NCBI GenBank assembly: GCA_963924565.1
Contig: OZ004608.1
Coordinates: 29,946,001-30,010,000 of the forward strand
DNA from: Ascidiella aspersa
Lineage: Eukaryota
DNA: 64,000 nucleotides
Direction: 5' to 3'
A program made the position numbers and the translations under genes. The notes under the pieces were generated by a model, which was not told the DNA's origin, did not search any database, and saw only the letters and a program-made list of their open reading frames with translations. Of this stretch, positions 39,001 through 50,707 are shown in pieces; within the stretch, counting starts at the first letter, position 1, and each line of letters opens with the position of its first letter.

Positions 39001-40397
39001 AGTGAAAATCAACTCTTTCCCTAGTGAAAATAAAATAATTACGCTGATCGGTCAAACATTCTTAGGCCGGTCTTGGCCATGTTGGAAATACGTAAAAGTT
39101 TAGGTATTGACAAATTTTAAGTATTTTTTGTAAGTTGGTTACTTGTGCGCAGATTTCACAAAACATTAAACAAAACGCTAGATCTTCCTCGTTTTGTGTT
39201 TAAGATCTACTTTTGCTATGTAAAAATGTAATGCAACCTGTAGGAAAAACTTTGCGGGTAATAATTTTGCATAACCCTATAAAACCCAAGTCTCAATTTA
39301 ACACACAAAACGTTATACCATCGCTTTCAAAGGCGTTGCATTGACGTTATGTACTATACAAAGAAAGAAATCGACGCCAGGTGTATTACCTTCAATTCGC
39401 TGAGATGGTGAATGCGGCAAGTTCCGTCATGGTTGGGCGGAATGTACATCTCCCACTTGCCGTAAGCCTTCGCCTCGTAACCCCACTCTTCCCAGTTGTC
39501 TGCAAAAGCATTCCAAGATTACAGTTTTTTTTAATGCAACTTTAAACAACAAAAACATGGGACCCTCTATGTACAGGCACAGGTTTATACATGCCTGTAT
39601 CAAATTTTTCGATTGATAAATTAAAATGAATGAAAATGAATGCAGAGCTCGATTTGAATAAGATCAACCATTTACAGCTAATCAGTCACAATGTACCTTA
39701 TGTACTTCCACACGTATTTTCTGTCTCTACGTATTTCCGCGTACTAAACCGATTATCCTTAATCTAAACTACAGTATCATTGTTTTTTTTCTGGTTCACT
39801 GAGAAACGCATGCTCAACGCAACAAATTGTGGCCAATGACTTACTGAATTCTCCCTTAAGGAATATTGCTTTTGCGTTGGGCGCCCACTCTCTGCAAATC
39901 ACTGCGTTGTCGGGCAGAACGTTCACTCCGAAGTCTTTGTAACTGCGACTGAAGTTGTCCATTCCCTCAGACGAGTCGATGGCCGTGCGCGCCTTTTCGT
40001 AGATCGCATAGCTGAAAAAATATTATGGAAAGCTTTACCGATTGTCCTATTTCAACATTGAGTAGGTGGAACTTCGCTTTCTTGAAGAGTAGGAAATAAT
40101 TTATCTTGCTAGACGATAAATCACGATTACCACTTTAACAAATCCATTTTTTAAATAACTGTATGGCTGTAATATGCTACATTTCCCAAGTTGTAATGTT
40201 TATAACTTATTTTACTCTGCCTGGTAACAGATTGGAACTTACACAGTAATCTGTTAACTGTTCGAATTGTGATGAGCAACTTACCGTCTGCGAATGTCCT
40301 TCTCGAAGTTTCGAAGCTTCGGGTCGTTGTTCATCATGCTCTCGATGGCGGGGACTCCCCAGCGTTCGAAGTCGTTGTTATAGTCTGTGCTGTCCAT
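33075..40397 (-). CDS. Glycogen branching enzyme-like protein, copy A (CBM48 + GH13_8 fold, catalytic residues replaced), 724 aa. 15 exons: 40397-40285, 40011-39845, 39499-39390, 38938-38792, 38093-37867, 37247-37038, 36758-36643, 36472-36345, 36223-36125, 35906-35796, 35448-35277, 34813-34629, 34086-33956, 33622-33505, 33215-33075
   Basis: The exons sum to 2175 nt in frame. GBE1 motifs present: [69 protein letters not shown]. No gene symbol is given because the catalytic triad is absent, so this is probably a paralog of GBE1. Confidence 0.93.
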
Positions 40398-40529
40398 GGC
40401 GAATAGGTTCGGTCCAAGTTGAAATGAATAAGGCAGCAAAGGTAACTGACAATTAGACGACTGTAAGGCACGTTGTACTCAATTGAAGCTCAGTTGTGAA
40501 CTGAATGCTGATGGAAGAGATGAAGCTAT

Positions 40530-40650
40530 TTTTATAGGCGCGAACGGGCGGATTAAAATTTGAGCGATGATTAAACTTAAGAAGATGCAATTTTACGGAT
40601 TAATTTATAGTTGTATATGCGCTTCATGAGTTCGTTTATTATTTTAATCC
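40530..40650 (-). promoter_or_regulatory. TATA box and TAATCC sites of GBE-like copy A
   Basis: CGCCTATAAAAA on - (TTTTATA at 40530-40536), ~135 nt upstream of the ATG. GGATTA/TAATCC at 40550, 40597 and 40645. The TATA box is conserved in copy B. Confidence 0.65.
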
Positions 40651-42591
40651 ACTTCCTATTGGACACGATCGGGAAATAGCGCATCCAGTTTCAAACTCTT
40701 CGTTATGAGGGTCACGTCAAACTTTAGAATGGGCTGACTTATATCAAAAATATTAAATACGAGCGGTGCTCTCACAAATACTTTTAAATGTATTATTCCA
40801 ACTTTTTTAATGCCTTACTGCCATTAAACATAATTGTTAACTAAAGAACAATACACTTTTTATTTGACTTCATAACCTAACATTGTTAGCCCGCTTTGAT
40901 GAATCTTCCTGTCCCAAAAGCGCCCTGCTTGTACAATTCATTATTATAAGTTCATTAAAAATGGACACGTAACATAAGGTGTAGCCAAATAAGTTAAATC
41001 ATTTATCCCTCGGCATATAGGTTTTTGGCCAATAGGCTTTTAAATATCTCCCAAATTAAATCAGGAAAAATATCACAAAACGTAAGAATAAAAGGTCATA
41101 CAGTATAGGTAGTAGGCCTACCACCTTTCTACATCTAGATACTACCTCCAGGTATTATACTTCAAAGTGTTTTTTTAATTTAATTGCATGTTTACGAGGA
41201 AGGGATTTTATTGGGTTGACTTGTATAATTTTTTCAACATTCCGTACCAAACATACATAATAGCAAGATCAAGATATTGAACAACTTAACAAATGAAGGT
41301 TACTCGATCTATAAGAGTGTTGAGGCCTAGGATAATACTATATGATTACCTCTATCGCACATATGATAACCTAAATTTGTAAACTAGGAAAGTGCCGTAA
41401 ATTACGTAGTTCTGGACTGTAAAGGCTTACTTTCATCACTGGATTCGATAAAAATGGTATTTTTTCAACATTTGCCTAGCCTATATATATTTAGTTTTCA
41501 AATAAGACGCAGGTTAAGTAAACCATAACATGGTAACACTATATGGTTACGGAACATGCGTTAAACCAGTTTGTTTAGCAAAACATTACAATAAAATAGA
41601 TATTTAGTAAAGTTACAATAAAAGAGATTGAAACAGCTCATTCCCTGTGCAACAAGGTTGAAAACCCTTTTTAATATTTTGCATTTTTATCGTACACAAA
41701 AATGTGTATCCACAAGCTTACCAACAGAGTGGAATTTGAAATCCTAATTTAATATCTCTCGGTACCCTTGAGCGTTGTAAACAACACGTAGAAGTGCCGC
41801 GGCACCCCGGTTGAGAAGCACTACCTTAAACATAACTATTGTTTTTATAGACACACTGTAACGGGGTTAATATATCAGGAAACTTTATTAGTGGACATTA
41901 CTTCTAATTTACTATTTGTTGCCCGCAGTATATTTTATTTTACCCAATTTTGAGTTTTTAACGTGAGTGTTTACGTTTCTTGTAGCCCATAATAAGTATC
42001 TATGGCATCGTTATGAAGCGATTTTCGGGGAATCCTTTGAGTTTCTGGCGCATTTATCGAAAAGAAATAACAAAAAAAAATCTATTAGCATTTGTTTAAA
42101 TGTTTCAACTTTTTTACTGCCTATAAATCAACTGCTACCTTTTCAAACATGTGAATATTTTGTATTGGATGGAATGGATTCAGCTGAGTTTAAATCAAAA
42201 AATAAGAATCATGCGATTTAAAAAAAGTCATACGATTTGATGAACAACAAAATCAGTTATGCGGTAAACAAACTTTAATATTAAACACAATTTCCATGTT
42301 GAAGTTGCGACAATCTGCATCAACTGCATATTTTGGTAATTTAAGTTGCAGCGCAATATGAAAATGATGTTTCTTAGCAATTGTCAAATTTTCACAACGT
42401 ATAGGTGCGATAAGTGTGTGGGAATTTCAGTTCAAATTTCTTCCGTTTTAATAGCTGCGTCAATCTTTCAAAACTTTCCCAGCTAATCCGATCAACGTAA
42501 TCGCCAAAGTTCCGACTTGACCCTAATTTGTAACATAATGATTTAAAACTTTTCGCGCGCGCGGTTTCCCGATGGCTGTACAATGGGAAAT

Positions 42592-42727
42592 GGATTAAAC
42601 TCAATGAAACCCATAAGCGAACTCACGCAACCCATATATCCACTTAATTTCTAAACCTCGGAAATTGCATTTAAAGCTTAATCATCGCGTGTATTGCAAC
42701 TTAATCCGCCAGTTCGCGCCTATAAAA
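42592..42727 (+). promoter_or_regulatory. TATA box and TAATCC sites of GBE-like copy B
   Basis: CGCCTATAAAAA (TATAAAA at 42721-42727), an Inr-like TCAGCA/TCAGTT ~25-35 nt downstream, GGATTA at 42592 and TAATCC at 42702. Confidence 0.65.
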
Positions 42728-42859
42728 ACAGCTTCAACTCTTCCATCAGCATTCAGTTCACAACTGAGCTTCAACCGAATACAACGTGCCTTACAGCCAT
42801 CCAGTTTTCAGTTACCTTTTCTGCCTTATTTGTTTCAACTTGGACCGAAGCTAATCGCC

Positions 42860-45800
42860 ATGGACAGCACAGACTACAACAACGATTTTGAACGCTGGGG
42901 AGTCCCCGCCATCGAGAGCATGATGAACAACGACCCGAAGCTTCGAGACTTCGAGAAGGACATTCGCAGACGGTAAGTGGCGCATCACAGTCTAACACTG
43001 TATAATTATCACATTTTTAACAGTTTACAGATTATAGTGTAAATTACATTCTGTTAAGAAAAATTAGGAACATTACATTTTCGGAAAGTTTGTAAATTAC
43101 AGCATTTGTAAAAGTTCGAATCGGTGATTTAATCGTTAATTTCTCTTCTAGCATGGTAAATCATTCCAAACTCTTTCAAAATCTAAATTTTACCCTACTC
43201 AATGTTGAAATAGGATAATCGGTAAAGCTTTCCATAATATATCTTTTCAGCTATGCGATCTACGAAAAGGCGCGCACGGCCATCGACTCGTCTGAGGGAA
43301 TGGACAACTTCAGTCGCAGTTACAAGGACTTCGGAGTGAACGTTCTGCCCGACAACGCAGTGATTTGCAGAGAGTGGGCGCCCAACGCCAAGGCAATGTT
43401 CCTCAAGGGCGAATTCAGTAAGTCATTGGCAACAATTTGTTGCGTTAATCAGTGTAGCATAAACGAACTAAGGACACTATGCACTTATTCATTGGTAATC
43501 GGTATGATAAACGCAATTACATTGTTCAGCGCTGGAAATGTCTTTGCACTGAGTTATATAAAACTCCATCTTTACATTCGTTTTATTTAGCTTAAATTTA
43601 TCAATTCGAAATATTAAATTTAGACAGATTCAATCATGCGCCTATTCAGTTACACTTGCACAGAGGGCCATATAACTATTCGTTGAATTTAAGTTCTACT
43701 AATGGAACAAGTTGTAACTAGTTCAATGCCTTCGCAGACAACTGGGAAGAGTGGGGCTACGAGGCAAAGGCTTACGGCAAGTGGGAGATGTACGTTCCTC
43801 CCAACCATGATGGAACCTGCCGCATTCACCACCTCAGCGAATTGAAGGTTTGCGTTTTCCGTTTTATGGCGTGCATATAGGCTACATCGTACCAAGAAAT
43901 GCCGTTATAAACACTACATTGCGTGCAAGTCGGTGGAATAAATCAACTTTTGAGGCTGACAGAGAACTATTTTTTAACCAACGTCAGCACGTTTTAACGT
44001 ATATAAAACAATTCTAAAAAACAAAAAAATCTTCGCAAAAATTATTATGATCTACAGTGCTATAACAAAATGATAATATATTTAAGCTTATATGAATGCT
44101 TTAAAATGGATAAAAATATCAAAATAATTTACGAGTAATTTAAAAAAATACCCACATTAGCCATTGGATATTAAAATCAAGCCAACTTTCAATTATTTTC
44201 TCGTAGATCGTGATAGAAACAAAGAGCGAAGGAAAGCACGAAGAGCAGCGAATCGAGCGAGTGTCTCCCTGGGCAAGATACCTCGTGGAGGAAGACAACT
44301 CCTCATCGCGGAAGTGGAGGATGTGGAATCCTCCCAGGAGCGAAGTCTGCTTGGTGAGAAATTGCGATTGGAAATCGACGATATTATATTCATAGGAACG
44401 CTTGATGTTAAATGTTGATAAGCTCTTAGGCTAAACATATCAATGCAATAAAAAAACTGCTGATTTACAACTTTTAACGAAATCCAGTCAACGATATCAT
44501 TTAATATTTCTGACTGAGGTTTTACGATCAAACGTTATGTATCGCTTTGGACCACAGAACATTACAAGCAGCACTTTTTTGAAAAAACTAAAAGACCAAA
44601 CACCTGAAAAGTTTTTCCATATATTTTCCCCACAGCCGACCAACCGACGACCACCCAAGCCCGAGCGCCTTCGCATCTACGAGGCTCACATCGGGTCCGC
44701 CTCAGTGCGTCCTCAGATCGCCACCTACCGGCAGTTCGCTCGCGAGGTGCTTCCCCGCATCCGCGAGCTGGGCTACAACTGCGTGCTGCTGCTGGCCGTC
44801 ATGGAACACCCACAATACGCCAGCTTCGGCGAGAGGGTGGCCAACTTCTTCGCCGTGTCAAGGTACGACGCTTGTGTGTGCTGTTTTTTATGGTCTCCAT
44901 GAAACGTGTGAGGTTTTGTGAGACGAATAGGGACGGAAATAATATTAGAGTACCGGAAGATATAGTAATATTAGGTTGAAACAAAACTCGAAAACTTTTC
45001 AATAAATATAAACCTAAAAATTACAAACTAGCGGTACGACAATTTTTGTAAATAACTGTCAAACTTTAAAGAATTATTAAATTGTTACTAAATCGTAACA
45101 AGTAAACATAGCCTATCAAAAATTACTTCCATGTTTAAACAAGTACTGAAGCGGCGCATTATATTTTGTTCTTATCAATCTTTATGGATACAAGGGTCAT
45201 CCAATAAGAGTAATTGTTCCTTGTTTAAAATCATCAGTTATTTTGCAGTCGTTTCGGAAGCCCGGAGGACCTTAAGATGCTTATCAACATCGCGCACGGC
45301 ATGGGCATCACGGTCATGATGGACGTCCACCACAACGAAGCTTCCAACATGGCCAAGACCGGCCTGAGCATGTTCGACGGATCAGCGGACGGTTATTTTC
45401 ACGAGGGCAGACGCGGCACCAGGGAACGGAGCCAAACACGACTTTTCAACTATACAAAGTACGCCAATTACTTTTCGCTAGCCCATAAGTGTGTTACAAT
45501 CTTCTTAATCTTCAGTGTCGAAAGGGCCTTTAGTATTTTAATTTTGTCCTTAGATGGGAAGTGCTGCGATTCCTGATGTCCAACCTCCGCTACTTCATGG
45601 ACGAGTTCAACTTTGACGGATTCAGGTTCAACGGAGTCGATTCCATGATTTATCACGACCGCAGCGAAGGTATGTGATAGAGCTATAAAGCAACGCCTAA
45701 GGCCTAAGCAATGCACTAGCCCCGTGCCTATTTATTATGCAGCACAAATCTATGCAACCCTTTAATGAACTAAACTTAAAGTTTGCTGAAAGTTGAATGT

Positions 45801-47392
45801 TTTTTTTTCTTGACATTACTGGTTTGGTCCTAACACCAGAGACTTTTGTCAGGTCGTCGTTGGTCTGACGACTACCGACAGTACTTTGGCACCCACATCG
45901 ACCTGGAATCGATTGCTTACCTGACATTGGCCAACGACATGCTGCACAGCTCCTTCCCAAACGTCCTCACGATTGCTCAGGTAAGTTTCGAGGGAATTCA
46001 TTTAGCTCTAAGTATCCTGGTTATAATGTACAATATGGTTATGTAACAAAAAGCCTTCACAACTTAGACCTATAACTTAAAGTTGATTGTTTTCTATTGC
46101 AGCAAGAATCAGAAATGCCAGGAATGTGCCGATCAATCCGCGAAGGTGGATTCGGATTCGACTACAAGCTCGGAACCTCGGTTCCCAACAAATGGATGAA
46201 GGTGAGCGTTTGAAAAAACTGTAGGTTTCGGATCACCATTATCTTTTATTTACGTTGAACTGTTGGAACAATATTCAATAAACAACTTATTTCATATGTT
46301 TTGTCAAATTACTCATGTCACAACACAGTTCAATAAATTGTGGTGGGCGCAAAAATAAAAAATGACTGATCAAAGGTTGAATTATTATTATTGGAAAACC
46401 TTGTGTTCTGCTTACAGTTATTGGATGAGAGCAGAGACGAAGACTGGAACATGGGATTTATTTTCCACGCCATGACCCAGAAACGCAAAGGAGAGAAAAC
46501 AGTTGCTATGGCCGAAAGTCGCATACAGGTACGCTTAAATATCAAATTGGTGTGTATTGTTGCCAGAGAAAGCGTTGAGTTTTTGCTGCCAGGTGTATAA
46601 TTCTTACAAATGTATCCTGGTGATATCAAGCATTACAGACTTGTATCTTTTTTTAATTAAACCACAGGTTATTCGTTAAAATATATGGTGATAAATATTG
46701 ATATGCCATTCCCTCGCAGAGTATGGCAGGACAACAGACTCTGGTTTCCAAGTTGATGGGCAACGAGCTTTGCCATAACATGTCTGAATCGAAACCCATC
46801 ACCCCTGGGGTAGAAAGGGGCATGGCGCTGCACAAGATGATTCGTTTGATGACCCACTCCTTGTCTGGGGAGAGCTACATGACCTTTATGGGTAAGTAGG
46901 TTTAACATTCAGTACGGTAAAGTGTTGCTATATACAGTGCTATATACAGTGGGGAGCCACCGTAAAATAGCATTAGCTCCGGCTCCAGCTCCGGAGCCAT
47001 CAGACAATTATTAAATGGCTCCGGCTCCAGCTCCGGAGTCGTGAAACTCAATCCTTTGGCTCCGGCTCCAGCTCCGGAGCCATCAAACACACACCCAATG
47101 ACTCCGGCTCCAGCTCCGGTGCCACCAGTCACTTATTCAATGGCAAGTTTTAAAAATTGCTTTTGGCTAACTAACGTTGGAGATGGAACAAAATATAATT
47201 TCTTAGCTTTAGCACCACAAATTGAAAAATGGCTCCAGCTCCACAAAAATAATAAAAAGGGCTCCGGCTCCGGCTCCAGCTCCACAAAAATAATAAAAAT
47301 GGCTCCGGCTCCGGCTCCAGCTCTACAAAAATAATAACAATGGCTCCGGCTCCGGCTCTGGCTCCAGAGAAAATGCTTAGCTCCGGGCTCCA

Positions 47393-47427
<35 letters not shown>

Positions 47428-49670
47428 CCAGCCCTGGCTATATACAACATAGATGTTTGGAGGATTGCTCAAAATGCCTGAAAAAAGTTGTTGCGCCACG
47501 ATATAATTACAACCTTTAGCGAGGTTAAATACGTTTTTCAAATCTATAGGGGGTTTCTTTTAATTTTGAGTTTTTTAAGTAGTACAATTGAATTTGATTA
47601 CTTAAATATTAAGTTAAAATTTTGGGATCGTGCAAATGTCGCAAATAGCCATATATATATACAGTTCTACCGCAATAAACCCATTTCGCGTATTACCGTT
47701 AAACTGGGATCAGGTCCGGATCCAAGATTTTTGCCCAAATCTTTAAATTATTTGCCAAAACTTTAACATTCGAGGGCTCGATGAGACGCACTTCGATTGT
47801 AAAAAAAATAGGCTGGCATACTACAAAACATAATTGAGTTTCGCACCTACGATTCGAGTCGACCCTGCACACATAAGACATTGTTTTTAAAACCGCGAAC
47901 CGCATATGCACCCAAACCAAAATTTGAATGCCAAAAGCAAAGGTCAAGACTTCCGAATCTTTGTTGCCAGGCAACGAGTTCGGGCATCCTGACCAGTTGG
48001 AGCTGCCGTCGGAGCGCAACTCTTGGAGCTTGGAGTTTTCCCGGCGTCGCTACGAGCTGTGTGACGACCAGCAGCTACGCTACAAGTTCCTCGCTCGCTT
48101 CGAGAAGGCTCTAAACGAGCTGGAACAGCAGCACGGATGGCTCTGTTCTGCACCGGTAAAGACTATTTTTTTGTAATAACTTGTAGTTTCTTCGTAGTTA
48201 AACTAGGTCCAATTCGAATGTTGTTTTTGAACAGTAAAGTATTGTGCCCAAAAGTAAATTTCAGGCCACTGAAAATGGCACTTTCTAACGTAATGCAAAT
48301 ATACTAAACAAGAAGTGGTAAGAGTAGAATAATTTTCTTGTCGGAACGATAAAGTTTTTTTAATGGAACGCAAGGAATTCTTAATAGAGGACGTACAATA
48401 TTACGTCACAACGTGACGTCTAAAACAAGTGACCTTGTTATCGCTCGATGTAGTGCACTAAAGTACAAATAAAAACCCATTTTAAATACATTCAAGAAAG
48501 CCTTTAGGAAAACGAACATGGCCTGGTAAAAAATAACATATTTTACCGATAATATATACCAAAAAACCTTTCCGGCTACTTTTACCACTGTGAACAAGTA
48601 TTTTAACGTATCCTATCTCACTCATTTTGCCACTTGGATAAAGATTTCCAAGTATTTTCAGTGCTATATTGCTTTTCTTTCACAGGGATATGTGAGTAGA
48701 AAACACGAGGGAGACAAGGTGTTCGTCTTCGAACGAGCCAACTTGCTTTTTCTCTTCAACTTTCATCCAACCAAGAGCTATCCCGGATACCGTGTTGGAG
48801 TTGACAAGGCTGGAACGTAAGTTAAGACCTTGTGCTCTTGAGTGCCTTCAGCCTTTTAAAGCCTTGGCGTAGATTTTGGGCTATTTGCTATTAATTAGGT
48901 TTGCTTAAAATCGCCCCTCTCTAATGCGCTTACAGTATAACTCAAACCGATATTTGTTACAATATATCTGTAATGTCATCAAGCTAAAAAACGTTTTAAA
49001 CGTCATATTGGATAAATATATTGAACTAGTGTGTAAAAATTATATATGTTTTTACAGTACTGGTGATTTAACCGCAAATCAAAAAAGACAAGTTTCGTAA
49101 TCACACTTAAACTCGAGACTTGTTTTCAGATACAAAATCGTCCTTGACAGCGATAACAGTTACTTCGGAGGCTACGGCAGGATTGAATCAAGCGTGGATT
49201 TCAACACTGAGTCTGGAAGCTTCGACAACAGAAACAACTCCGTACAGGTAAACATCGTCAAAATGAGTTAAATTGTTTTGATTTCTGTAAACCTGTTTAT
49301 TCTTTGACGTCCCAAAATACTTAGTTAATATTGTTTTAGGTACGAGTTAATATTGTTTTAGGCTAAAAACCTGGTAAAAATGGTAAAAAAAATATCGATG
49401 TCTAAACTGATGTAAATTATATGAAGAAGTCGTGTTCTTAAAATACTTTTTTCAATATACTAATTGCGGTAGATATCGATCTGGTAAATCCGTAGTTCTT
49501 TTTAATATACAATCACGTTTGATTTTGTTTAGGTCTATCTTCCGTCTCGAACCGCCTTGGTCATGGTCAACAAATGCATCGCGGTTCAGCCCTTTCGTGT
49601 CTGCGATCAGTACGACCCCAATCCATTCTCCAACACAAGTGATTATGGGAGTAAGGGGCCTGGCCAGTGA
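42860..49670 (+). CDS. Glycogen branching enzyme-like protein, copy B (catalytic residues replaced), 723 aa. 15 exons: 42860-42972, 43251-43417, 43738-43847, 44207-44353, 44636-44862, 45249-45458, 45554-45669, 45853-45980, 46103-46201, 46418-46528, 46720-46891, 47971-48155, 48686-48816, 49130-49247, 49533-49670
   Basis: The exons sum to 2172 nt in frame. Exons 1-14 have the same lengths as in copy A. It carries essentially the same GBE1 motifs and all introns are GT-AG. Confidence 0.93.
46935..47436. mobile_element. hAT-type MITE rich in GGCTCC subrepeats, in intron 11 of copy B only
   Basis: The right end is GGCTCCCCAGCCCTG. The left end CAGTGCT..GGGGAGCC is disturbed by a 12-bp duplication. 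TSD GCTATATA lies at 46927-46934 and 47437-47444. The paralogous site in copy A (~35228-35240) is empty. Confidence 0.85.
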
Positions 49671-50387
49671 TAGAAAGAGCATCATGAAATGTTTGGCGTT
49701 CCTTTATATGTGCGTCAAACATGAATTGAGCTTTGTAAAGTAGTGGTTTTCGTAGCCTTGTGTGTTCGGTGATAGTTTAGAGTTAATTGTACTGTTCATC
49801 ATTACCAAGCGAAATCCTAACGAGGAGTCCCCTGTACATACCTGTCGATTGTGTAAAAAAATCAGGAAGAATCCTTTTTATTTTCACACACTCACAAAGT
49901 ACATTTCAGATAAACGTTAAATTTTCTCTCTATTTTGATCTTGTAGTTATTGACTTTGTATCATTTGCCAAACTCTTTATTTTGTAATAAAGTTTTTACC
50001 TTCACTATTTATTAACATTATCATCACATGTGTTTATTTTAAGTGCCAACTTAACGTCAACATTTGCCAATAAACCAATTATCATATCATTATATATGTG
50101 TTCTTGTTTTAAATACAATAAAAAATGTGAATTGTATAAAAGTGATACAATATTGCAGCTCCTAAAAGGAAAAATAATACCACCAATTAGGAAAAAATAA
50201 TACCACCAATTTACATTTGTAAAGAGTTTCTAATTTCCAAAATATACAAGAGTATGTTCACTTAGTTCATTTTATAGTTTGTTACAAATAATTAGGGGAT
50301 TGTACACAATTTTCAATGGTCCAACATGGCAAAAAGGTTAAAGATCACTGGTTTAAACTTGCGAAACTATCATGCGGATATTTAGAG

Positions 50388-50707
50388 CAGGGGTTCCTAA
50401 ACTTTTTTTACCGCGGACCTTAAATTTTTTTTGCTTCGCGTGCACCACGGTAGGCAAAAAAAACATTCAAAAATGACGTAATAAATTGACGTCACAATAC
50501 AAATAGACTTCATAAATCTGTTGATTTCGTTCTAAAAAATGTAATTGTGGAATGGAGTCTTAATACAGTCAGTGCAAAACCGTTTTGATTTTTAATAAAC
50601 TGTTTTACTTGAAAAATAGATAACTTCATAAATACACATTAATATTTCTTTTTGATATTCATGGACCCTCTAAAACTAGTTGACGGACCCTAGTTTAAGA
50701 AACGCTG
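50388..50707. mobile_element. hAT (Charlie-like) MITE
   Basis: TIRs CAGGGGTTCCTAAACT / AGTTTAAGAAACGCTG. Flanks atttagag/atctagtg. The 3' end matches 62497-62563. Confidence 0.7.

Noticed and set aside
46902-47450. Ala-Pro, Glu-Pro and Gly-Ala repeat ORFs
   Set aside because: They are translations of GGCTCC subrepeats in an intronic MITE that is absent from the paralog.
33075-49670. Ordinary active GBE1, or decayed pseudogenes
   Set aside because: The catalytic D/E/D residues are absent in both copies, so they are not a standard enzyme. No stops, frameshifts or broken splice sites occur across 30 exons, so they are not evidently pseudogenes.
33075-49670. Horizontally acquired bacterial glgB
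   Set aside because: The sequence follows animal GBE1 closely, and the gene has 14 spliceosomal introns, several at positions I recall from human GBE1 (after TIAE and ESHDQ).
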